NCBI GenBank assembly: GCA_965649765.1 | Contig: OZ287751.1 | Coordinates: 26,846,001-26,910,000 of the forward strand | DNA length: 64,000 bases | Reading direction: 5' to 3' | From: Bispira polyomma | Taxonomy: Eukaryota | Shown: positions 48,623 to 61,332 of the stretch, in pieces | Layout: the number at the start of each line of letters is the position of its first letter | Position numbering within the stretch: position 1 is the stretch's first letter | The notes under the pieces: model-generated | Told to the model about the DNA's origin: nothing | What the model saw: only the letters and a program-made list of their open reading frames with translations | The model's database searches: none | Position numbers and translations under genes: made by a program

Positions 48623-49510
48623 TTTTTTTTATTTCTTGTATACATGATTCAGATTTTACACTAAAACAAAAAGAAAAGGAAACAAACCCGAAGAAGAAAA
48701 TGTTAACAACGTATCGATAATCATCTTTTGTAAATGTACAAGTATTTAGATTGGCATTCATTAAGATTAAGCAAATTATCTCCCAAACAACCCTAAAGAA
48801 GAAAATGTATGAAACGTATCGATAATCATCTTTTGTAAATGTACAAGTATTTAGATTGGCATTCATTAAGATTAAGCAAATTATCTCCCAAACAACCCCA
48901 AAGAAGAAAATGTATGAAACATATTGATAATCATCTTTTGTAAATGTACAAGTGTTTAGATTGGCATTCATTAAGATTTAGCACATTATCTCTCATGATA
49001 AGCAGAAGCTGGATATTTTGAATGTTAACAATGTCATAACTTTTGCAGTCGGTAGGAACTTTTCTGAGAATATCACAGAAATTCACATGATCAAAGGGAA
49101 TTTTATAAGGATACAACAGATATAAAAGAGATCTTGATACTTCAGATTTACTATCAGTCATAGTCAGTTTTCCACATAACCAAAAATATGGTTTCCACTC
49201 TCTAAGAGACACTTTATGAATTTGAAAAATATTTTATGTAACTGAGCTTCCACAGGGATGTCATCAAATATTAAAGGCAAGTACTGGGAATGTGTTGCAA
49301 AATGCAAACCCATAAACTAGCGAATAGACTTTCTCTTAGTTACATTCAATGTTCCACCGAACAATATAATGTCATACACTACTGTTTAACAAGGTTATAT
49401 TGTACATTAGAGTCACAGATAACTCCGGCCTATTATGCCTAAGATGTTAAGGACGAGCTGGTATTATTCATTTGTTCAGCTACAGTATCTCAAGAGTACA
49501 CTTTACCTGC
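48623..49510 (-). mobile_element. 5'-truncated LINE 3' region (longer copy of the element at 1-533), with poly(A)
   Basis: Minus-strand CDSNVQYNLVKQ*CMTLY..RKSIR*FMGLHFATHSQYLP. AATAAA followed by an A tract at ~48623-48635. Three 105-bp repeats. Confidence 0.6.
48690..48990. repeat. 105-bp tandem repeat, ~3 copies (2 copies at ~10-210)
   Basis: AAGAAAATGT...GATAATCATCTTTTGTAAATGTACAAGT(A/G)TTTAGATTGGCATT... unit. Confidence 0.9.
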
Positions 49511-49535
49511 CGAAAATTATTATATAATTTTATTA

Positions 49536-50208
49536 TTAGTGAGAAAGTGTTGTGTTTAGTTCTTCCCATGGCTTGACCCAGAACCGTCGCTTTGATTTTT
49601 CTCTTCTGGTAACCTTTCTCTGAGCCTGTGGATTCTGTGCCTCCCGTTGACTTCTTAATCTTCTTATTCTTCCTTCAATGTCTATAATAACCATTACTTG
49701 AACTTGCATGTAGGCAACTAAGTCCTGTTGCAAATATTTATTATCCCATGTGGCATCATCGTTCTCATTTAACTTCTAAATTAAAACTGCCCCCCTTTAG
49801 AGCTTTTTGGTGGCTTTCTTGAGGTTTAGAGGCGGGCCCAGTTTTTATTGCCCAGGATTTGGTTAGGATCAGTCACTCGAGCCACAGAGTTATCTTTGTG
49901 TTCAATAAGTAGGTCGTGGTGTGCTTACTACTCATTTTTTGATTGTACCAGGCTTCAAAGATTATTTTTTTAATCAGGGAGGTCGGGGGCAAAAATATGT
50001 GATCCTGGAGACTAATCGGGACGGTTTATCTTACCTATCGAGGCTTCTCAGCGAGTTATCCTATCGGTCCTTGCAGAATACAAGTGTAATCGTATGACGC
50101 ATTTTTATCCATGCTTTTCGACACCAATCGGACCAAAATGCCCATGATTGACCCTGATCATATAATCGGCCCATCCTCGCGTCTAGTCTTGATAGTGAAA
50201 CAGTACCA
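49536..50208 (-). mobile_element. Harbinger left end plus transposase N-terminus; relative of the element at 30151
   Basis: Terminus reverse complement TAA|TGGTACTGTTTCACTATCAAGACTAG. The subterminal region aligns with 30151-30560, and the RRFWVKPW motif is present. Confidence 0.8.
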
Positions 50209-51557
50209 TTAGCAATATTCATCATTATTTTTAAACTAGACAGTGTAGGAGCTAGTAATCATCAGCAAAGCCAAGAGCAATTACAGAACAATTACAAATC
50301 GCGGATATCCAAACCCTGAAGATTTTAATCTTGTTCACATCTCATCAAAATATAAATAGAAAAGTACAGGAGAAAGAACCCCTTCATTGCTTGACACCAT
50401 CACTCTGTCTAAACTCAGGAAAAGTTACATTATCTGATGCTTAATTTTTGTTAGGTTTAAGGGGAAAAAGATGTTGAGTCTCTGAAGTAATGTTTATGGA
50501 AGTAACAAGTAACAATAACGTTCTTTTAAAGTTTTTAGTATATATGTACCTCTGCCAGTAACACTATTACTTTTACTTTGTTGACAAGTGTTGGTTGATA
50601 TTGCTTTACATGATGAATCTACGTAATACTCTTTCTCTTTTAAAGTTGTTTTATGAAAGATTTTTTTTAATTTGTCTCTTTATTTGTTATTGATTAGCAT
50701 TTGCATTTCTTAGTGCATTCTATATTTATATGTAACCTTATAGTTATGAAAATAGATTTCATATTTAAGGTTATAGTATATACTCTAACTGTAAAGGCTT
50801 ACTGTAAGGTAACCTTTATATTGAACTGTTTAAGGTAACCTTAAATTTAACGTAAAGTGAGATGTTCTATTTTTAACTAAGGTGACCTTAAGTCACCCTG
50901 CTAATATGTAAAACGTATAACTTAAGTTTAAACTTAACTAGAGTTTAAGTAAAGTAACATGTTTAGTTAAGGTGACCTTATGTCACTTTAAGGTTTTAAG
51001 TTTAAACTTAAACTGTTAGGGTGAACATAACTTAGAAACAATGGTCCCCCCTGTGTAATGTTGTCGATTAGTAAATGTGTAACACACTAATATATTAACA
51101 TTTAATGTTAGAGTAGACATTTTAATAAATGCCCAATGAATGCTATTACTGGTGTCGTCAATATTGTGTTCCCAATTTATTTAGTGCCCCGCTCTGGGCC
51201 TTGCTCTGTAAACTGACTGTACTCTTGAGTACGGAACAACACCCAGGGCTCTGGCCATGAAGCTTGTTTCACCAGCTTTTCTCTGCCTTGTACCATTTCC
51301 CCTCAAAAATACATGTCACATACATTTGAAACACATGAAATGGTTATATTTTTGTACAATTTTTTACATTATGATGTTAAACAACATGGGCGTGGAGGGT
51401 GGGCAATCAGGCAGCACTTCTCCCAGCACACACTTTATGATACTGAAAATCTTAAAACAAGGCCTTATATACTCTCTTACTCTGTATGCACACTACACGG
51501 GACAGTCCACTCCTAACTTCAAGTGGAGGGGTGATGGCTCTAGCATTGCATTATGAA

Positions 51558-51821
51558 TTTGGAATTGAATTAGAATATGGATATTTAATGTCCACTCTAG
51601 TACCTTTTAGTAGGTTATATTAGGACAGGTAGTTGGAAACGCTGAAGGAAACACTGCATACAGTTGATCAAGGTTCTGCAGAGAAACCAGCGGCCCACAG
51701 TAAGGAACTATCACCTTTCCCACATAGGCATCGACGGGATTCGAACTCACACAGCCCAGAGGTGAGAGACCAGTGATTTTGAAGCGCAATGCTTGCTAAC
51801 CACTAGGCCACCGCGGCCCCC
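51558..51821 (-). mobile_element. tRNA-derived SINE family A, full length
   Basis: A and B boxes present. Perfect 15-bp TSD GCATTGCATTATGAA at 51543-51557 and 51822-51836. Confidence 0.93.
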
Positions 51822-53048
51822 GCATTGCATTATGAAACATGGGGTTATTCCTAAGACTGACACAAAGTTCTGCGCAACTTTTCCACCAGTCCACGGAGCA
51901 CCCCAGATAAGGAGATAAGTGATATTTGAACAAAGTGATGACAACAAGGCGTATAGCACTTTGGGCATTTATTATATACATACACATCTAACAGCTAACA
52001 TCTAAAGAAAGGAAAAGGTGATCTTAAGAGTTAAGGCTACAATAAATTAAGTTTACCTTTAATACAGAATTTAATTACATGAGTTAAACATAATTTCACT
52101 ACTATGCCTATAGTTTGAAAACACTCATCTAATGGTAGGCTGCATAATGTCTTTTGCGCAATGTCTTAAATACGCGTAAAACACACAGTGTACTGCATGG
52201 TAGGTTGTTTACGCTGTTTTATTAATCACTTTTACATTACTCAATATTTAAACGTAGATATTTCAGCCATTTCTCAATGGATTTTAATGTAACAAAAATC
52301 ACAAGTAATCGCAATATAATAATCTTTCTTGCCATATTTACTTTCACTAATAAATAATCAGCATTTATTTGGTATTTTTAAATGGTTTTGTTTTGAAAAC
52401 TCCGTTGTAATTTATGTGTATATGATAGAATAGTCAAAACATGGAACCGTCTATGTAGTAGTAACCCATTTTAGGTAATCAAAATGTCATGTTAATAAAA
52501 TATTGACGATTTATCATTTTACAACAGGAATAAAATACTTAAACTCTTGTTTATGCGCATTTTAAATGATCTTTAGAGTTCAATAAATGCACTCAACCCT
52601 TCCGGCTTCCGTGCGTTAAACCCACTCCATTGACTGTTTAAAATATGCATAAAACATTCGTTTGTATTTTTTATTCCGATATTATATAGAAAAAATATTT
52701 TAACTGTCATATAGGTCATAAATGGCTGGATGGTTGTAACTTGCTTCATATTTTATTGTACTGGGATTTAAACATGATATCATGCAGCAAGTGACAATAA
52801 ATTTAAAAATGAATCTGAATGTTTTGCTTGTGATAATGCTCCCTTGTGGTCCTTTACAAAGCACAGCTTTCCAGAACAACCCTCATTTCCAATATAAGTA
52901 AGCTTACAGTGCAATACTTACTTAAAGTTAACTCAAAGTTATCCCAATTATGTAATTTACAGGTTGGTTTTAAAGCTAACCACACCACTACTCTATATAC
53001 ATTTGTAGTCTATTAGCCTATGTTTCCTTTCAGCATGTTTTTCTCGGC

Positions 53049-53066
53049 TGACGTCAACTGACGTCA
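53049..53066. promoter_or_regulatory. Tandem full CRE palindromes (TGACGTCA x2, 10-bp period)
   Basis: CTGACGTCAA is duplicated. Function is not demonstrated. Confidence 0.3.
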
Positions 53067-53356
53067 AATTATCATTTGATAATGTTTATTATGTAAAACA
53101 ATTTAAGTTGTTAATTAATAAAGGATTATACCCCCTTGATATCAAGATTCCTAATAATATGTATACATCTCGTAAATAGCTCACTAACCACACATGCTTT
53201 TTATATCATAAAGCAACTGCCAATGTCCATGCTCTTTTAACTTTGAGTAAGATTTATATTTGAAAGTTCAATGATACTTTGACACTACACACTCTATGAG
53301 TGGACCACACGACACCTCTGCCGTTGTCAGTAGCGTCAGTCTCTCTCCCTCTCCTC

Positions 53357-56224
53357 TCTTTTCCCACCAGATTCCCTCACAAATACACACACAAAAATAC
53401 ATATTTTAAATACAAGCAATACATTTCACCATATTTTGTTTTTAGTTACATCTACACAAAGGGAGAGGAGGGTGGGCTCTAAAAGCTCCTCTTCCCACAA
53501 GCACTTTTTGACAACCAAGTTGGAGGACCCCACTGTAGTTTCCCGCCCTTTCTTGTGACATTTACACTCAACCAGAGAAGGTCCATTGTTGACCCTGTAG
53601 GAAAAATGGAGGGTTAAGCTTTTAATACATAAGATGGGCCAGCCACTTCGAATTGACCTCAAGTGCAAGCAACACTTATGTAATTTGTTAAATAATCTGA
53701 GAATATGCATAACCATCTCTGTTTTATATGTTTTTATTAATGGTAACAAACATGTTTTAAAATTTTTTTCTTGATAATCAATTTTATCTCTGTTAACGAT
53801 AGTATTCATTGATGTGCAATTTAATAGTTATATTTTTATAGTTGTATGTATAGTAATATGTAGATGAAATTAGCTTGTGAACTTAAATTCATGTTTACCT
53901 TAAAAGGTCATACTTAAGGTAACCTTACCTCATGCAATTAAGGTAACCCTAACTTGAAAATATCTTGAAACCTAAACTTAGTTAAAGGTAACCTTAACTT
54001 ATGTAATTAAAATCTTTACCAAAGGTAAACTTAAATTATGGTGGCCTTAACTCTTAAGGTCACCTTAACTTAATTAAAGGTAGCTTTAACTTATGTAATT
54101 AAATTATTTATTAAAGGTAAACTTATTTTATGGTGGCCTTAACTCTTACGGTCACCTTTTTCTTTCTTAATTGTAATTAATGTTCTAACCTAATAACTTT
54201 AGATGTTAGCTGTTAGATGTGTATGTATATAATAAATGCCCAAAGTGCTATACGCCTTGTCGTCATTATCACTTTGTTCAAATATCACTTATCACCTTAT
54301 CTGTGGACTGGTGAAATTTTAGTAAGGTAAAAGTAAATATATTTAGGTATATATATCGAATAGATATAAATAACTGATTGTACCCTTTTTAGAAGCTTTT
54401 ATTGTGAACTGTCTGAAATCACTAATAATATACTGTGGATATTCCTAAGGTCAAGGTTACACATCCCCTGACAAAAAGGGGGAAAAGGAGTAATTTTACA
54501 TGTCTATTCTTGTTACCAAAAAAATTTGATGTCCTTCCCACAAGTTATTATATTATTTCTTCTTAAAAATAGTATCTTGTTTCCACAAGAACAAGATGAT
54601 ACTGTTTGGGAACGGAATAGTATCTTGATGTAACAAGAATATATCTTGAGGAAACGAAATGCTATCTTAAGGCAACAAGATAACACACAAAGTTTCCTGT
54701 GACAATACCCCAAATCAGTCATTTCAAACTATAACTACAACCACACAAAATAGTACATATTTGTCTCACCAAAAAGCCACTTTTAAAATCCTTCCTACTT
54801 GTTAACATTTTTACACCACCACCCCACCATTATTTTTCCACCATTCTGGATGAATTGGCAAACTTGCATCCACTGTCTGATTTTATTACTAATTCTTAGG
54901 CATTTGGATCAACTTACTTTCATGTTATAATAGACATCTGTGGATTGCCAATGGAGTTTTTTCTCCCACTGAACTACTCATTATTTGATCCAGATGTATT
55001 GATGGAGGAAATGACAGGAAATTACTATATTGCAGGTCTTTTCACACATAATTACGATATGCACCTATGTGGCATTGATTAAGCCCCTTTACTTCAAGAA
55101 TAGACATGTAAAATTACTCCTTTTCCCCCTTTTTGTCAGGGGATGTGTAACCTTGACCTTAGGAATATCCACAGTATATTATTAGTGAGTTCGGACAGTT
55201 CACAATAAAAGCTTCTAAAAAGGGTACAATCAGTTATATATATCTATTCGATATATATACCTAAATATATTTACTTTTACCTTACTAAAATTTCACCTGT
55301 CCACAGATAAGGTGATAAGTGATATTTGAACAAAGTGATAATGACGACAAGGCGTATAGCACTTTGGGCATTTATTATATACATACACATCTAACAGCTA
55401 ACATCTAAAGTTATTATTAAGAAAGAAAAAGGTGACCGTAAGAGTTAAGGCCACCATAAAATAAGTTTATCTTTAATAAATAATTTAATTACATAAGTTA
55501 AAGCTACCTTTAATTAAGTTAAGGTGACCTTAAGAGTTAAGGCCACCATAATTTAAGTTTACCTTTGGTAAAGATTTTAATTACATAAGTTAAGGTTACC
55601 TTTAACTAAGTTTAGGTTTCAAGGTATTTTCAAGTTAGGGTTACCTTAATTGCATGAGGTAAGGTTACCTTAAGTATGACCTTGTAAGGTAAACATGAAG
55701 TTAAGTTCACAAGCTAATTTCATCTACATATTACTATACATACAACTATAAAAATATAACTATTAAATTGCACATCAATAAATACTATCGTTAACAGAGA
55801 TAAAATTGATAAAGAAAATTCTTTTAAAACATGTTTGTTACCATTAATAAAAACATAAAATAGAGATGGTTATGCATATTCTTAGATTATTTAACAAATT
55901 ACATAAGTGTTGCTTGCACTTGAGGTCAATTCGAAGTGGCTGGCCCATCTTATGTATTAAAAGCTTAACCCTCCATTTTTCCTACAGGGTCAACAATGGA
56001 CCTTCTCTGGTTGAGTGTAAGTGTTACAAGAAAGGGCGGGAAACTACAGTGGGGTCCTCCAACTTAGTTGTCAAAAGTGCTTGTGGGAAGAGGAACTTTT
56101 AGAGCCCACCCTCCTCTCCCTTTGTGTAGGTGTAACTAAAAGTAAAATATGTTGAAATGTATTGCTTGTATTTAAAATATGTATTTTTGTGTGTGTATTT
56201 GTGAGGGAATCTGGTGGGAAAAGA
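53357..56224. repeat. Long inverted repeat: arms 53357-54512 and 55095-56224, 582-bp spacer
   Basis: The arms are near-identical reverse complements with scattered substitutions and small indels. Mirrored ORFs 53426-53809 (-) and 55866-56102 (+) confirm the symmetry. Confidence 0.95.
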
Positions 56225-56313
56225 CTTAATGATTGGACTAATGATTCTGCTGTTGCGCTTTAGAAGATGCCTAGCATCAATAAAGCGTGTTAAAAATTTA
56301 TAATAATAATAAT
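56223..56313 (+). mobile_element. ~90-bp 3' end of the same L2 family as 19420-23221
   Basis: Matches 23123-23221 apart from two substitutions and tail length. Ends in (TAA)n. Confidence 0.92.
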
Positions 56314-56339
56314 AAAGAAATTTAGTCAACCCTTAACTT

Positions 56340-56790
56340 GAACCCTTATCTTATATATTTTATAATGAGTCTTTGAAATTGTCATATTTTCTTCAAAAGA
56401 GGAACTTGCTGCCCCAAAGCAAAACAATCATTAGGGAACAATCGAAAAATTGTGGGACAGATGAGGGTGAGAAATCCAAGGAGATATCATTGTGAACAAA
56501 GGAAGAAGCTAAGTAGCTTAGGCTGATGTAAATAGGTGACTTTTGGAGTGCTTTTTGAAGGAGGTAACAGAGAGACTGGTTCTAACATGTTAATGTAAAG
56601 AATTCCAAAAAATAGTATCCTAAAGACTTAGTAGAGTACTTGTAAGGCATGTAGATGCTTCTATTAAACTTAAGAACCTGAAAAAATTTGGGCAAACTTT
56701 ATCTAATGTTCCTGGCAGATCTTAAAGAGTTGAGGGTATCCTCAAAACTAGGCTGGTTGACTAGATTTTTACTGGAAGTAGTTGACATGC
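56340..56790 (-). mobile_element. Old L2 3' fragment
   Basis: Minus-strand WNSL...LSVTSFKKHSKSHLFTSA* resembles the L2 ORF2 C-terminus. Confidence 0.55.
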
Positions 56791-59109
56791 AATTCCTAAG
56801 CCTCATCAGGTGAGAGGCAAGTGTGTGTGAAGCTATTTCCGTGAAATCACTAGTATATATGTATATATTGTAGCTATGATCGTTTTACGAAAATGTGGAC
56901 ACTGAGACTTTAAAGATGCACTGGAGTGTTTCTCTTCCACTGCCATTGCAATAAATGGGAATACAGAGGAGGTTAATGACTGACAACTAGCCGAGCTAGT
57001 AGCCCATCTGTTACCATTAGTGGAGCTGTAAATCTTAATTTGTGCCCATACAAGCTGATGGCATTGCCATGTATTCTGGGCGTATACTCTGTCTACGTCT
57101 TTACTATACCAACCCTCTCTCAAGTGGAGCAATCAGCCACTAATTAGTCCAGACAAAAGGAAAACAACTGCTGTAAAATCCTCCTCAAAGATGGGGTGTA
57201 TATATGTATGAGCAATGGTAGTAAAGGGAGTCACAAGATTTTATAACAAAAAGGGTCCATATTCTAACATTGATCTCGACAATTATTGCAGTATCTTGCA
57301 CTGCTGTTTGGTAAAGAATAAATATTGTAGAACTCGAAATCTTTTCTAGAAATTAATTTCACCTAATGAGTTGGGACAGTGAAAATATCACTCAGTATTG
57401 ATATTTTCACTAAATACAACAACCTATAGGGTGAATTAAGTTCTTTTAAATTACAAATAAGTGTAGACTCTTTGCAAATACAGTACACTTTTTCGACAGG
57501 AAAATTCCCAGGTGTATTTGAACAAAAATTAATAGACATCTTTCTTGTGGGGCCTAGTTATGACCGAGTTGGTCTTATGGTCAGAGATAATCTAGTTTTA
57601 AAAAGAAAATAGCTACTACATAGGTTAATCTACACATACGATTGTAGGCATCCTGATACCTCAATGGTTGGACGTGGCATTTATAATTGTCACCACGATG
57701 TTATATTTCTGAAGGTAAAACCACGTTCCAAGGCCTGACTATGAAACAAACACTTTTCATGTCCAATCATTGCACTCAGACCAACATCATGGCTCTACGA
57801 AACATCTCAGCTGTAATTAGAAACAGACTGATCAAAAAGTTACAAAACATTGCACATTACTTTATAATCAAAGACCCCACAAGGAGCATATATAAACATT
57901 ATATAATCATTTCATGAAAAATTCCTAATTGTGCCGTTAATGAAAGGGATGGCCTCTGTTTTGCTTAAAACGTGCATCTGTTTGGCAGGTAACATGGATA
58001 TGTTTGGCAGGTAACATGCCATATTTCGGCTTTTGCGATAGATGTTTGAAACAATTTAAAACATTCATGAAAACATATCTTCAGTTGAACTGGATGCTCA
58101 TGAGTTGACACGTATATGCAAGGAATGTAACACTATTTACCACAATTGAAAACAAGACATAAATAGAGGGACAAACTAGAAAGGTGTGACCCAGACATCA
58201 TCATTAACATCCTTGTGGCAGTTGTTAGTACACCATTGCCTGCTTAAGATGACCAATGTTAGATTTCAGGACTATCCCTTCTTTGAGAAAAAAAAACATC
58301 TAAGAAGTGTACACCCACGTTGTCTTCCTCCTTATATACCCCACATCTTTTCTAGCACATCTTTTCCTAGCACATCTTTCCCATGACCTGGCTATGTTTA
58401 TCTTTAGAAGATGCCTCGCGTCATCAATAAGATGCATTAAAAATCCATAATACAGTACAATATATAACTGCCTGCAGAGAAATTAATAATAGGACATGAA
58501 TTCCCTGAAAACATGAGCTGGAGATCAGTTGGATAAACCAGATATTGTCTCAGGCATTTACAAACAAGCAATTTTACATGAAGTGACTTAGGTCTAAAAC
58601 TTGCAACATGAGAATACATATATTTACAGATATTTGTGAGTCTCAGATTTCCACACAACATTTTCAGTTCTCTGCAAAATACTCGTAAACTACTGCTGTT
58701 AAACGATTACCAGCCAGGGGTCTTTCCTTAGAAAAAAGAATGAGGAAAGTGATTTTATGGACTAAATTACACCTCTTTAAACAGTGGAAGTACCTCTTAC
58801 AACATACAAAGTAAAGGTTCTAACTTATGGCTCCATCTATTTATATTAGTCGTACTGAGAATCTCTTTTTAGGATGAACTAACAGCAATATGGAAATACC
58901 ACCTGCTACTTTGTATCTAGAACAAAAACTGAACATGTACCCTAGCCGTTATTTAACCTTTAAATATCTAACTTCAACACTTAAGATAATGTTGCTTCTC
59001 ATATGATTTGTGTGTTTGTGGTTCAAAGAGACAACTATATAGAACTTAAATTTGAAATTATTTATGTTTTTCCGTCACCTTTACCATCTTTGATCATATT
59101 GTGAAGGAG

Positions 59110-59262
59110 TAAAATTCTAACTGGAAACCGCTGACCCTAGAGCAAGTATATACACAAAACTTTCTCAAATGAAGAAAGAAGTGGGATTTGATCCCACCGT
59201 CCCCAGAGGTGAGATGCTAGTGACAATCAAGCAGGAGCTTATATAACCACTAGGCCAATGGC
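59110..59262 (-). mobile_element. Degenerate tRNA-derived SINE related to family A
   Basis: Reversed A box (AACCACTAGGCCA) and CAGAGGTGAGA motif. Confidence 0.5.
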
Positions 59263-61288
59263 ATTTATTTTGCTAAATTTAGTCCATGATAAGTTCATGT
59301 TATTTTAGTTGACTTTGTATCGTTGATTGGAACTTAAAATATTAATGATTTTTTGAAAATCGACTAATTGTTATGACTTGGTCTTAATATCTGAGTGTTT
59401 CAAAAATAGTGAATGATTATTTCATTTCATCTGACTTGAGTTCCATATTTTTCCAAATATGGTGCTGTGAAATGTGAAAAGTAGTGTCATATGTGTTCCT
59501 AACATGAAAACTGGAGCAGTTAAAATAATATGCAGGCTTTTTATACATGTTATAATCCATCAATTTTATAAAGAATTGTGAATAAACTATATAAGCACCT
59601 GTATGTATTGTTTTGTGATTTTTGGTTCACAATAAAACTAAGGAGATGTAATTTTGGTAAAGCATGCGAATATTTTATAATTTTTCAAGAAGAATAAGGA
59701 ATGTTTCCACTTTTTATAGTCAAAGGCAATTAACACTCTACCTTCTGCGAAAATGTAACTATAGCGGGATGACATGACATTATCACGTAGCCCCCAAAAA
59801 TTACCATGAGGCCAACCAAAATCATTGTGCAAAAAATCTATTAGGTCGCGTTTACATACACATAACTGATGTAGAAGATTTGTTGAAACGAGTTATTTTA
59901 AGACAAGGAACTCCAAGCACAAGATTCGAGAAATAAGTATGGCACCCCTGGTGGAATCAGTCAGATATTGTGACATTGAGTCTGGCTTGACATGGAAATC
60001 CTTTCATGTTTGCATGGTGACACACATTTCCTGTATTGTATAACCAGGATTACCCACTTTCCTGTCTATTGGTGGGGGGAGGGAATTTGTAGTTGGTTTG
60101 TGGTTAGAAAACACATAAAAACACATCTGTTCCATATAGATAGAATCCTGTTATGCCTAGGTCCCATCGGCCATCACGTTAGAAGTCGTTTAAAAAATCA
60201 ATTTGCGTGAGGTTTGCATAGTTTTTGCATGGTTTGACGTATTGCACGTGCATGTACATTACCTCATGCGGGAGGTGTCATGCAAAAAATTTCAAAATTT
60301 TGACACACATACAATGTACGAGGTTCATTTGTGTATTACACACAGTCACGTATTATGTTAGACTGTATCACCTCTCGCAACGGTCATGCAAATATATATT
60401 GAACCACGCTAAATTCTTGGATTTCTCAGCTTTTACATCAAATATCCCAGTTGGAACAGAGCAGGACTGGCATAAAGATTGTGAACATAAACAAGTACAG
60501 CAATGCAGATGTGAAGAGTACAACTGTAAAAAAAAATACTGCTGTATGTATTCTTTTTTTTTGAAAATAACAGATGGTTCATTTAGTACATACCTACAAT
60601 ATATGAAATGTACCATATAATTGCCAATATTCTCCACAACTTTGTCAAGACATATTGCAACTTTGCAAAAACAGCACTAGTACTTTATATGTAAGCCTTC
60701 ACAATTAGATTGTGATTTCACGATTAGTCAGTATTGCACTTTTATTATTGCAATTTCTATGGGCAGTATTATGGGCAATGTAATAAAAAATCCTATAATG
60801 TCAATGCTTATTAATCCTGAGGGACTAGTTTTTCACAAAAAGTATTAATTTTTTTTAAACTGTTCGGTCCTACATATTTACAGTAAATCGATGGATGCTG
60901 ATTTGGGCGATGTCCAGCACAAAAAATCACACCTGTCCAGGTTTTTGCAAAGGTTTATGGCCGATTCTAGGATGTCCGTTCCGTACGAAGAAAAAACAAC
61001 TTTTTCTGGGACTGCTGCTTACATCACCTGGTTTGTTTGCATGGATCTAGAGCTTTCTCAACTCCTGACCCTATGTTATAAAATAGTCTCCCAGTGGAGC
61101 TTAGATCACCAGAAACACTTTCTGGATGTAGGAGAAAACTTCAATCTATCTCTTATCGCTGATTCCCTTCCCTTCCTTGTACACCCCCCAATCCTCCCTT
61201 AGTTCTGGGGGACTGCTCCCTGACAAAATTTAAATTCGTTACAAATGAAAAATACAATACATTAAACGATTATAAACTTCTGTAACTT

Positions 61289-61332
61289 AAGCCCAAGTGA
61301 CACATGCAAAAGCCCAAGTGACACATGCAAAA
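61289..61332. repeat. Direct duplication of a ~21-bp unit
   Basis: AAGCCCAAGTGACACATGCAA present twice. Confidence 0.85.

Noticed and set aside
48573-48971. 132-aa ORF with 35-aa repeats
   Set aside because: Produced by the 105-bp tandem repeat in a LINE remnant.
51508-51536. Twister-like ends (TAAC...AAGTGGAGGG)
   Set aside because: The central catalytic and pseudoknot segment is entirely absent.
53341-53372. Polypyrimidine tract plus CAG as a splice acceptor
   Set aside because: No convincing downstream coding exon or donor site, and it lies at a repeat boundary.
53426-56102. Duplicated ORFs MVMHILRLFNK... as a paralogous gene pair
   Set aside because: They simply mirror the inverted repeat, differ by frameshifts and show no recognisable domain.
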